Shown piece after piece: positions 1 to 10,799 of a DNA stretch of 64,000 nt. Both the position numbers and the translations under genes were made by a program. The stretch lies in assembly GCA_001179505.1 (NCBI GenBank), contig CDMY01000929.1:175842-239841 (forward strand), given 5' to 3'. The notes beneath the pieces were generated by a model. That model was not told where the DNA came from. It did not search any database and saw only the letters and a program-made list of their open reading frames with translations. Position 1 is the stretch's first letter, and each line of letters starts with the position of its first letter. This DNA comes from Vitrella brassicaformis CCMP3155 (Eukaryota > Protista > Chromerida).

Positions 1-2
1 CC

Positions 3-462
3 GACCCTGTTTGGCTGGCCGCGATAATGCAGGCCTTCTTCAGCTTCTTCATGAAGCTGATGCCCTACCTGCCCACAGAGCACCCCGGCCACACAGAGGG
101 CGGCGGCGAACACGAACAGTATCAGCACGAGAGCGCCGGCCCCGGTGGGAAGAAGGGCAAGTGCGAGAGATCGCCCAACGTGTTGGTGGACCACCTTGAG
201 GGCCACGAGAGGGGACGCATGATCGTCTGGCGGCTGGCCCAGAAGGAGTTCGTCTACGATGCCTGGGTTTACCTCATGGCTGGGGTGCGCCATACGCACG
301 CACACACACACGAAGGCACACACACAGTGCACACGACGATGAAGCATGTGCGTGTTGTGAGCGCAGGGTCGCGAGGGTCTTGGCCCCGCCATGTTTTCTA
401 AGGCGCTGACGTACCGCCATCAGGTGCTGCACTCACAGGAGCTCAAAACAGGCGCGTGCTGA
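3..462 (+). CDS. 3' end of a hypothetical protein running in from the window edge (2 exons visible)
   Basis: Open frame from base 3 (DPVWLAAIMQAFF...YDAWVYLMAG); GT donor at 285; CA/GT-rich intron; after the CAG acceptor the frame continues GREGLGPAMFSKAL...GAC to TGA at 460-462. No family recognised. Confidence 0.5.
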
Positions 463-769
463 GCTGGCGGCCTGGCGCACCGGAAGAAGGAGACAGACAG
501 GCAGAGAGAATGTGCCCTACGTAAGGACTACAATACATTCATGAATGACACTCAGACTTGATTTGTCATGGCACACCAAGTCATGAAGCCACCACCATGT
601 CTGTCCACTGGGCTCGGTGCCATTCTTCAAGGCATGTACTCATTATTCTACAGACAGACAGGGCCATGCACTCACTCATTTGTCAGTCGGCAGCAGGCTA
701 GACTGACACGATTAGGTCGGTCAGAAGACCTTGATACAGGCCTACAAAGCCCTCAAACATCTCTCTGCC

Positions 770-1405
770 TCAATAGACCAATACAATCAGCTTCCAATTC
801 CGCAAGTATCTCCAAAGGTCAATGTTCTTGTTCTCCGTGGAAGTGAATCCGTCGGCTTGGCTGCCATCGACGAACAGCACACCAACCGCCTTATCGCACC
901 CGATCAGAGCAGCATTCAGCTTGCCAATGGCTGCCACTTGACCTGTCTTTTCCACTTCGTCTGTCATGGCGCTCCAGCTCACTTTGACGCCAACCAGCTG
1001 GTGCTTCTTGTTTCTTGATGGGCGGAATGGCAGTTCCCTGCTGACAAATGACTGGACGGTCCCATTGGAGTCCACATAAGGTCGGTGGGGGTAGGCTTGG
1101 AAGAGCTGCGTCACGTTGCCCCACGCATCGGCGGCTCCCTCCATGACGATGTCGACACCCATGTCGCGGGACCTGGTGGTGCGCGTCTTGTTCTCCTTCA
1201 TATAGTCGACTAGAAGCCCTATCAGCTTGATTCCCGTCTCGACCAGCTCCACTTTGTTGAGAAACTTAGAGTCCACGTTCAAATAACCCGCCTCAAGCAG
1301 CCGCTTTTCGATGGTGCTTTCCTGCTGCCCGTCAGGAGTGGTCAGGTGGCCTCGAGCCGCTGTCTGTCCCAAGGGCCTGACTGCCACATTGGCCTGCATG
1401 GACAT
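770..1405 (-). CDS. Uninterrupted 211-aa ORF with a possible PD-(D/E)XK / Mrr-like restriction-endonuclease fold; true 5' end uncertain
   Basis: Protein-like composition, no microsatellites. TTRSRDMGVDIVM, LVGVKVSW and LIGCDKAVGVLFV..GFT resemble, in order, the Mrr_cat motifs T..sgD.GvDi, (Q/E)xK and adkgifvT..FT (recalled pattern, not searched). Confidence 0.5.
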   Translation of the reverse strand: MSMQANVAVRPLGQTAARGHLTTPDGQQESTIEKRLLEAGYLNVDSKFLNKVELVETGIKLIGLLVDYMKENKTRTTRSRDMGVDIVMEGAADAWGNVTQLFQAYPHRPYVDSNGTVQSFVSRELPFRPSRNKKHQLVGVKVSWSAMTDEVEKTGQVAAIGKLNAALIGCDKAVGVLFVDGSQADGFTSTENKNIDLWRYLRNWKLIVLVY

Positions 1406-1755
1406 CCATACAACATATACACCATAGCTTGAGGGAACAACGGCCCGTCTTGTCTCCCAGAGGCGGACGGGCTCTCGTCTCTGATGCTGGGATTACCTGT
1501 GTGGCTGTCAGTGGGACCACTGGTGGACAGAAACCACTGCCAAAGGGCGGCACGGTCATCAGGAGCACCGAAAGAGGGACAAGCTGGAAGCTCATCTCAC
1601 GACGTGAGCGATGAATGACTAGACAAAAGGATGGCAAGATCCTTCCCCAATGAGTGAGGAGTCTCCAGACGATGTCGCTGTGAGGCGAGAAAGGCAAAAA
1701 CGACGGATCGCAGCTGAGCTCGCAGAGAAGATCTGATCATCAACAGCGACAGATT

Positions 1756-4247
1756 ATGCTGAAGCGTGCCGCATTGCGCGAGGACTCCCTCCGGTGCATC
1801 GCTCTCGTCAGCCCTCCCCCCTTCCATTCAGTGCGGCTCGCCAGACGCAATAAGGTTCTCTTCCACGAGTTCCGCAAGCCGCCGCCCGTCGGCATGAAGT
1901 TCAGGGAGCGCCGCGTCGCGTCTGTGACCGAGAACCTCATGGATCACCCGCTTGAAAACCTGGCTGGCGAAGATCTGGCCGAGTATGCGTATCGGCTGCA
2001 CAGGACGAAAGAAGCGGGAAGCGACGAGTGGGAGGGGCTGGTCGTGCGCATGACGGAGCTAGTGAATACGCCACTGCTGAAGGCCAACCACATTGCGCAG
2101 CTGCTCAAGTTTCTGGCGAGGGAGAAGGAAAAGCTGACGGATGACTCCCTTGCGCCGCTTTATGTTGCTCTTGGGGAGAGGCTGCCTTCCTTCGGCGCAC
2201 AGCCGGCCGCTCGGGCATTCATTGCTTTGTCGGGCCTTGCCGACCTGCCAGAAACAGGTAACAGGAAAACCACAGTGCGACGGCATAGTACATGCAGTGT
2301 GTGTGTTTGTTTGTTTGTTTGTCCCAGGTCATCCCCCATCCGAGAGCCCCTCCGGCAGTGTGTGGCGTCTGGTGGACACGCTGCTCGAGAGGCTTGAGGA
2401 CCATTACGTGCGACTGAAGCTGTCGCCACGGTAGGCAATAAGGCAGTGCAGCAGTGCGTCCAGAGGATGTAATGTGTTTGCTCTCTGTTCCTGATCAGTG
2501 CTGCCGCTCTGTACGCATGTGGCTGCGCCCGACTGGGGCTGCCGAGGAGCCCACATAAACAGCACAGCCAAGCACTGGTACACAGACAGACACGCTACGC
2601 TGTCCGTTTTGCATCTGGGTCGGTTTCTTCCTTCAGACCGTGTTGCGTGACCTGTTGCTGTGCCCCAAGGCAAAGCGGCTTGCGAGGATGGAGCCATCCG
2701 AGCTGCAAGACGTGGTACGGCGGGGCAAGGAAGATGGCGCTCGTTTCTTTCGCGGTGTGGCACTTGTGGGACTTGTGTGGCTGGGTGAATGTCTGGGTCG
2801 CTGGCTGGTTGGTCAGGTGTGGTGTTACGCGTTGGTGGTACCACCAGACCGAGCACTGTTCGATCACATCGTGTGGAAGGTACTCCAGGAGGGAAAAGGC
2901 TCCTGATGTATGCGAAAAATTACACTGTTCAGATCAAAGGCAGTGAGCATCGCCTGCCGCCCCACGTGTGCATCCACTTGGTCATAGGGTGAGTTCAGCC
3001 GAGCCGAGCCGCCTCTTGCAGTCGGTGTATTTATTGTGCTTGCACTGCACGTGTGTCTGTCATTCTCATTGTCAGCCTGCGTCGAGTTGGCCGCCTCAGA
3101 GAGGCCCTCCCTGCCCTGACCACACATCTTTCGACAGGTCGGTAGATAATGCACCAATCAATGGTCAGCAAGATGCCAGTGGCATTACTGCACGGTCGTC
3201 TGGTGTTTGCCGTGTCGTCTCATTCAGTTCAGTCTTTCGAGTGGTGCAGTGCCACGGACCTGGCGCGCGCCCTCCACGCACTCATCCCCACACCAGTAAC
3301 CCCTGATGGCGAACAAACACAATGATCAGCCTTTCACAGACAGTCATTCTCATTCTCTGTGTGCAGGCCGTGTCGGTGTCACTCCTCTGTCGTGTTGCGA
3401 GGGCTTTCGACGGAGAAGGACACTCGGCAGAAGCGTACGCCGCGAAGAGAGAACATGGGAACGGTTTCACGACCATCCGAACGGGCCTCTTTGTTTGTGC
3501 TCAGACTCGGTTGGGATCGCTGGCTCCATCTCCTTCTCAGAGCCGTCAAGAAGGTACGCAGCCGCGTGTTGATGGACTGTGCCGTGCCACTTTGTCTATA
3601 TCTCTGTGGGCTGTACAGGGACTTGCCACCGTCACTCGCGCATCAGCTGAGCAGGTCCTGCCTGAAGACCTCTCCTCGTTTGCTGATAAAGTCGATGTGG
3701 TGAACGAGCTCCTTAATGCCCTCGCATCTGAAACGGTCAGCTTTGACGCGGCAACGGATGAGGATAGCGAGGCGCAGAGGAAGATCGAGCTTGGACAGGT
3801 CAGTCAGTCAGGCAGCACAGGCTCGCGAAAAGGTCCCTCTGTGGTCATGTGCGGTGTGTCATGCAGCTGTTGCTGAAGCACCTGTCGACGTCATGGCGGG
3901 CCAGCAGGGAAGGCGAAAACGAGCCGGAAGAAACCTTGGCCTACAGGAACGGATCCGTGAGAGCGTCGGAGACCCAGGCACCCGCCGCGTCAGCCAGAGA
4001 GGGCGAGGCCATGATCCGAATGCAGCCTTCCGAGGAGGACCCTGATGACGATCCGTGGGCCGGTGCGCTCGGCAGGCTGCTGCAGAGGAAGGCACGTGAG
4101 CAGCGGCTGGCGATACAATCGGTTGATGAGAGTGGGGGTGATGAGTGTGTCGGTGAGGGGGAGGGGTTGGCCAAGTATGAGAGGAAGGGCCGTGTGGAGG
4201 CTTATGAGGTTGTTTTTGGCCCGGAAGAGGCAGACAGGCAGGAATGA
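1756..4247 (+). CDS. Multi-exon hypothetical alpha-helical protein with an Arg-rich leader (possible mitochondrial targeting)
   Basis: ATG at 1756; long first exon to a GTAAC donor near 2257; further GT-AG bounded coding blocks near 2327-2430, 2637-2880, 3368-3460, 3620-3800 and 3876-4247. One gene is assumed, not proven. Confidence 0.55.
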
Positions 4248-4460
4248 TGGATGGGAGGGAGGTGTGCGCGGACATGAGCTCATGACTTCTTGATCTGTCT
4301 GCATTTCATGATCGTGCTCAGGAGAATCGATTTATGCAGTGAATTGCATGGAGGATTCATTGCAATCAGTTAGCCATCACTCACACGCCCGCACACGGAC
4401 ATTATCCCCTGCAGAAGGCCATCGGACATACCATGTGGCAGCTTGTGTGGTCTTGTGGCT

Positions 4461-4550
4461 GACGTATTCAGGTAGCTCTTGACCCCCTTGGTCTCATGGC
4501 CAGACTTTTGGCTATGAGACCAAGGGTGTCAAGGGCTATTTGAATACATC
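4461..4550 (+). other. Near-perfect inverted repeat / hairpin (42-bp stem, 6-nt loop)
   Basis: Arms 4461-4502 and 4509-4550 give 36 Watson-Crick pairs, 4 G-T wobbles and 2 mismatches (counted by hand). Confidence 0.9.
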
Positions 4551-4953
4551 AATACGATGCCATACACACAAGCTAGCTCTTGCCACCAAGTGTATCTATG
4601 TAGCTCATAGCTATTTCTCTACACACTTTGGATGCCACGCCTCCTGTCTCCCTGTCACCCCAGTGCAGCGTACGCTTCACAGCTGGGCACTCGACCGCAC
4701 AGCAGTAAGACGTATGCCACTCGAGTGGAAGGAAGTCGGGAGGATCAAAGGCAGATATGCACCACTCAAGCGAATCCACACATCTCATAGATGGACGTAC
4801 GTAGGCAGCCCGACAGCTAGGTGGGGAAAACACAGATACGTACGTGTCGATCCGTGTGGTGAGCGACCAACCGGCCCCCTCGCTCACTGCACTGTGTGTC
4901 ACCGCATCCTCCCACCAGCCACTCCGCTCGTCCATGTATCTGTCGTCCATCGA

Positions 4954-7328
4954 TCAGGCATTTCTCGGCTGCACGGCATCGCTCCCGCGAATGTGCACGT
5001 AGATGGCATCGAACGCACGCTGCAACGAGTCCTCATCCTACCACCACACAACGCCCACAGGCCGACACAATGCTCTTCATAACAAAACCGCCCCGCTCTG
5101 CCCTGCCCTGCCCTGCCCTGCTCTGCTCACCTTGAGTCCGAACATGTGTATCTGTCCCAGCGGGTATATGAACATCTTCAGATTGGGCCTGTACATGCCG
5201 CCAGCTGTCGAGGGCGCCGCTGCGCCAGCGCCAACACCGGCAGCGGCAGCAGCAGCAGCAGCAGCTGCTGGTGCTTGTGCTGGCGGTGGTGGTGCGCTCG
5301 CCGCTGCGTCTTTGCCGCCCGCCACGGGCGCCTGGGATCGAGAGGGGCTCAACGGCCCCGCAGCCGAATCAGCCGCAGCCTGTGCGAATGCATTCATGGA
5401 TACAAACCAAAGACAGATGGCTGGATGGCTGGATGCGTGTGTCTGTCTGAATGCGCACCTACCTGTGATGTGGTGGGCTTGGCATCGTCTCTACCTGCGG
5501 TGGTGGCGCTGGCGGCCATCCGCGAGTGGCGCACGAAGATGGTGTCCTCACTGATGGTGCGGACGTCGGCCGGGTTGGCGTGGGCCGGAGGACTTGTGGC
5601 GAAGTGCGTCTGCAGCACTATCGCCGGCAACACCTCGGGATCGAACTTCTGATGAAAGCATGAGGACAAAACAGCACAGGAGACGGCGAGTGCGTCTGCT
5701 GCTGTTGCACGAGTGTGTGGTGTGGTGCACTCTGCGTACCACATCAGCGATTTCGATGAGGTCGACGGGCTCGTCATCGCGCAGACGCTTTTGGTATGTG
5801 TTGGTGAGGTAGCTGTACAGCTGCTGCAGGTGGACGCACCGCTGGCCATCCGCACTCAGATCGACCTCAGCTGAGTGAGTGAGGGAAGCACACACGCATC
5901 AGAAGACAAGATCGATGGCAACGTTTGCCTGCGTATGTGCAGAAAGGTGTGTAGGTACCGATTAGGTGGAGGGCTTTGAGCGACGTCGTGTCGATCGGCA
6001 CCTCGGGATGATACTGATCGCTGTACATCTCCTTGATATACCTGTGCACCCACACCCACACCCACACACACAAAAGGCGTGCAGGCTTAGTGTGTGAATG
6101 CGCTGTGTGTGTGCTAGACTTACTCCTCGTAGGCATCGACGGCGCTCTCGGGCGTCTTGGAGACAAACAGAGCCGATGCATTCTGATGGAACCACGAGGG
6201 CGTCTTGTCCCGGCCCAAACGAGCCACAACACGGTCGCCCTGCACTCATTCACATGTACACGTACAGTGAGTGCCACACGTCAGTCACAGCTGCGTCTGG
6301 CGGGCAGGTTAGGTGTTCGCTACCTTGGTTGATGTCTTGAAGAACGGCGCCTCGACATCCTCAAAGGGAAAGGGCCGCTCTGGGTCCACCCACGACGCGA
6401 AGTGGCCACAGATGAGATACCGCCTGATGGTCACTGCCGGGCCTTTCCTCTCCCTCTTGGCCGGGCTGCCGATGGAGACGAGACTGCCCGACCGGTCCAC
6501 ACGCATCCTCGGCGGCTCGCCTCCAAATGGCGGCATCATTGGGAAGGGAGGCGATGGCCACGGCTGCGTCAAGTGGGGGTACGGGGCGGCGCCGGCAGGC
6601 ATGCTGGCCATCGGACGGAATATGGGATGCATGTGGTGGGGAAAGCCCGAGGGGTAGGGGGCCTGCGGTGGGGGGCCTCGGAACTGCGCACACACAAACA
6701 GATACGTAGGAGGCTTTCGACAGTGACCGTTGGGTTGACAGTCACATCACATGCCTGCCGTACTTACCTGTTTCCTCTGCGGCGGCTGCATGCCCATCGT
6801 GCCGCCCCCAACGCCGACAGGCGACTTCTCGCGCTTGTAGGCCGACATGGCCGGAGGAGCAAATTGCCGCCCACCAGCGCCTGCAGGACCACCACCTCCA
6901 GCAGCTGCAGCAGCTGCAGCTGCAGCTGCAGCTGCAGCGGCTGAAGGGAACGGTGCTCCGGTGGAGAAGACGTTCCTACCGCCGCCGCCGGCATAGTGCT
7001 GCATCCCAGGGCCCCCTCCCTGCCAGTTTTGCAGGTTGACCGATGGGAAGGGCTGCACCCGTGCCTGTGGGTGCTGCTGCAGCCGTGGTTGCGGCTGTGT
7101 TGGCTGGCGGCCCGCCAAAGCGTTCCCCAGCGACGTCATCGGAGCTTGTGGTGGACGTGGCTGGTTGCCGCCCTGCTCGCTGGCAGCGTCTACATCCACA
7201 TCGATGACGTCGGCTTCCATGGGCGGCTGGCGTGACGCGGGTGGGCCGACTGCTGAAGCAGGAGGCCTCCCGTGGAACGTGTGGCGCGAACTCATGGGCA
7301 CCTCCTTCCCACTACCGCCGCTCATCAT
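4954..7328 (-). CDS. Highly divergent TBP-like (TRF/TLF-type) factor with a long Pro/Ala/Gly-rich N-terminus; 8 exons
   Basis: Exons 7328-6768, 6683-6324, 6239-6124, 6041-~5960, ~5870-5740, 5649-~5465, ~5378-5130 and ~5038-4954 join in frame at GT-AG sites. The product has KTPSWFHQNASALFVSKTPESAVDAYEEY (repeat 1) and HLIAEVDL...KFDPEVLPAIVLQ...PNLKMFIYPLGQIHMFGLKDEDSLQRAFDAIYVHI (repeat 2), which align with the TBP core. Confidence 0.75.
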
Positions 7329-7578
7329 CCTGAGGAAGCAACAGCGACAGATCTGCCTCTTTTCCCTTCAGCTCGCAAGCTAGGGTTCGTCGAGAAACCG
7401 CTCGTCGCAAGGGTGGTGTCTTGTTCAGGATCCAGAAGGCTCAAGATAGACTTCGCTTGTCGATAAGCAGAGACTTTTCGAGGCTTGTTTCGTCAAGCGA
7501 CTGTTGGTCTCTTGTCGAGTTGAGTGCCAGCAGGAGAGCCTTTTCTCTGTCGTCATAGTCTTTGTATCAGCGTATAAG

Positions 7579-8793
7579 ATGCCCGTTGCTGGAACCAGCG
7601 CCATCCTCTCGTCGCATGTCGCCCTGGGGCGGCTACAGGAGGCGTGGAAGCGCATGGACGACTCCCACCTGCGCGTGGACGCCATCTTTGGCCGCCCCTC
7701 CATCCAGCGCGCCAACTACACCGCCATGCTCACCAGCATCGCAGGAATGACCCCCGACAAGCAGGTAGTCCACCCCGATGGCAGATGCCCCCACACAGGA
7801 GATTTCGATTACCTGTCTGTCTGTCTGTGTGTGTCAGATGGAGGCCCTCAGCCAGCTCAAGCAGGAGGCGGCTGACGTCACCCAGACCATGGCGGGCATC
7901 GACGAGGAGTTCCGCCGGTCCAAGGACAACGGAATGCAAATAACCGTAGCTCATCTCAGTGGTACGCGGCCAACACACACCGAGCCACCGGTGCACTCCC
8001 ACAACGACAACTGCAACGTCCCTCTCGATGATCCGCACCTCCATATCGCTGGCTGGTATCTGCGTGTGTCAGGGAAGCGTTCGGTTCTGGATGTGACTCC
8101 GTACGACACTGTTGAAGAGGTCAAGGCCAAGATTCAGGACAGGGAGGGCATCCCGCCGGACCAGCAGCGGCTCATCTTTGCTGGGAAGCAACTGGAGGAC
8201 GGGCGCCTCCTCGCCGACTACAACATCCGACACGGGGCAACCCTCCACCTCGTGCTGCGACTCCGCGGTAGGGACACCTGCCTGTCTGCCTGCCTTCCTG
8301 CCTGCCTCCTACACACGCAGAGGGTCTCTGATGGATTTTGTCTCTTCATTCCATCTGCTCAGGCGGTATGTTTCACATCAGCAGTGGTCGTGAGGGCTGG
8401 GGTTCGGCCGAGATGACCGATGGGGAGCGCCAGAGGCAGGAGCAGCGGGTGGCCATGGCCAAAGAGCGGCTCGCCGACCTGGGCATCGACAACACGGGCA
8501 TCGAGAACGACGAAGAGCTCATCGACGAGGCCATCTTCAATGACCACGAGCTCGAGGCTGCCAAGGGCTGCAAGGAGGACGGCTACGGACAGGCCCTCGT
8601 CGATGCCTGGAGCAACAACGAGGAGGTGAGCCAGACGACACACACACACACACACTCACACACAGGGGGTCGTGAATGTGTGCGTGTGCTTCGTTGTCAT
8701 GGCCAGGTGCTAGAGATGGTTCGTGAGCTGACGGCGGCGTTCGAGACGATGAGCGCCACGAGCGACCGTCTGGTGCAGCGGCTCTCCATCTAA
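7579..8793 (+). CDS. Ubiquitin-domain fusion protein (N-terminal extension + Ub domain + C-terminal extension); 5 exons
   Basis: Spliced [84 protein letters not shown]; TAA at 8791-8793. Confidence 0.85.
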
Positions 8794-9549
8794 ACACACA
8801 ACACAACACATAAATATGGTGAGGGAATGGCATGCCAGCCACATTACACACGACACACACGCTCTCGTATGTATGTGCCTGTGTGCTTTTGTGTTTGTGT
8901 GTGTCTGTCTGCAGTAGAATGCGGTGCGCTGTCGGCACCGTGTACCACTGCTGTTTTTTCTATCTAAGGCGATTTGAGTCATCGACTGCATGGTCTGCGA
9001 TGCTGGTGTGCGTATGCGGGAGCTGCGGTCTGCTGTTGGGGTGCGGCAAATGAGAAGGGCTCGAGGCCTTCAATGCTCTCGAAGTCTCTTCTCGGCTCTG
9101 CGCTTCGAACGGCTTGGCGTGGGTCGATTGCACTCGTCCCGTCCGGCACTGCGTGTGGACATGGTGGCAAGTTTGCTTTCTTTCTGTGCGTTGAGAGAGA
9201 GTGCTGTGATCGATTGTGCACTGCTCTGTGCTCTGTATGGCGTATTGCATTGCATGATGTGTATGTTCAGGCCTCCCCCCTCCCCCTCCCCCTCCCGCCG
9301 CCCCGCTATCGTGCCTTTTGGACTGCTGGTAAGCAAAGTGAACAGTGCGTGCCTGGTACATGCATGTGTTGAGTTGAGAGGAAGTGGGCAAACGTTCATA
9401 AATGCATCCGTCTCATTCAATGCCTACTCAGCCAGAGTGGAAGCCCTGAGGCTTGTTTCATCCCTCCTTCCTTACACTCCCACACGAGACAGACAACCCT
9501 CCCTGTCCACCGGTCAAATGTACCACTAGCCCCCCTCACTCACCACGAA

Positions 9550-10579
9550 CACCCTCCCCCTCTCGATAACGTCACGCTCGAGACCGAATCGCTGCAGCGG
9601 ACGGCGGGCAGCACCAATCGAGTTAGGGGTCAGTGAGTGGATGAGACGCATCGGCAGGAGATGGCTCGGTCGTCCACAAATCGATGATACCATCTCACGT
9701 ACCATCTCTCGCCCACAGATGGGGAGAGGTGGTCTCGTTGGGCTGGAAGCCGTTCAGAATCACAAAACGATCATACCTCGTATCAAAGGCAGCATTCAGA
9801 TCGCCATGATCGTAGCGGTAGTCGACAGCAATGCCCTGATCCTCTGTGATGTCGTCGGTTGTCAGCAAACGGCCATAGCGCGGGTCGCCACGGCCGATAT
9901 GTGCAACGAGCACCAGCTTGCCCACCTCCTCTCCCTGCCACCGGTGGAGCACCCTCTCCATCACGAACGCCGAGAAAGAGCGACAAAGATAGGGGCCCTG
10001 TCGGATGACAGGATCGGTCCGCTTGTAGTCCTCAGCATAGCGATGGCCGCCCGGCAGCTCACCCAACGGCACCACACGAAATGACTCATCATCGACCTGA
10101 TACTGTCCGTCGTCGGTTTGCTGCAGCTCCAAGCTGCCTTTCGTCCATTTCCTTGTGAGCTGACAGCCAATGGTGGCGTATATGGCCATGGCGAGTGGCA
10201 GCTGGTGGAAGACCGTTGCTGTGGGCAGTGAGTCGGCCGACAGACGGAGGGGCCGGCCCGTGCTGGGGGTCAGCCGGTAGATGAAGGCCAGTCGAACGAA
10301 CCGCCCCATCGCCCGCCACTCCTCACCGATGCCCTGCTCCAACAGCCAGACGACCCTCAAGCTGCCCTCCACGTCACCATCAATGTCGAAGGCCAAGACG
10401 TCCTCCAAGCCGAGACGCCTGATGGCCTTGTTGATGTGCTGCTGGACGGCGTTGAGCAGGGTGCTGTTGACGGTCTCTGTAGTGTGGCCCAGCAGCTCCT
10501 GTTGCCGAGTGCGGGTGACGATCTGTGAGCGGAGAGCGGCTCGTTTGGCAGCGTCAGTCGACATGGCCATGGCAGCCAT
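9550..10579 (-). pseudogene. Intronless member of a lineage-expanded hypothetical family (recalled as Vitrella-specific); C-terminus disrupted
   Basis: MAAMAMSTD...LAFDIDGDVEGSLRVVWLLEQGIGEEWRAMGRFVRLAFIYRL... ends at TGA 9695-9697 inside a 12-bp-period duplication. Family-like text continues past the stop (IIDLWTTE) and, after a frameshift, LQRFGLERDVIERG. Confidence 0.6.
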
Positions 10580-10799
10580 CTTGCTGATGGGCAATGACAG
10601 GTCAAAGAGGTCGGCGGGCTGGAAGAGGGCAGGGCTGGGGGGACGGGACGAGGGCGCTGCACCAGTGGGCTGCATCGGTCCGATTCGGTCGTGACTGCTG
10701 TGGAAAGGTCCCAGGGAGGCGTGATGTGCGTGAGAAATCTGCAGGCACACAGCAGTCTGCGAGCTTGGCAGAGGGAAACGAGAGTGAGTAGGCGGCAGC

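Noticed and set aside
4461-4576. Helitron 3' end (hairpin followed by CTAG at 4573-4576)
   Set aside because: The stem is far longer than a typical Helitron hairpin, the CTAG is not followed by the T of an AT target, and no Rep/helicase is nearby.
4540-5082. 180-aa + strand ORF and the overlapping 125-aa - strand ORF
   Set aside because: No recognisable motifs; the + ORF begins at a TTG and overlaps the last exon of the TBP-like gene antisense.
6899-6940. Self-complementary GCAGCT repeat as a structured RNA
   Set aside because: It encodes a poly-Ala tract in the TBP-like gene; codon repetition explains the symmetry.
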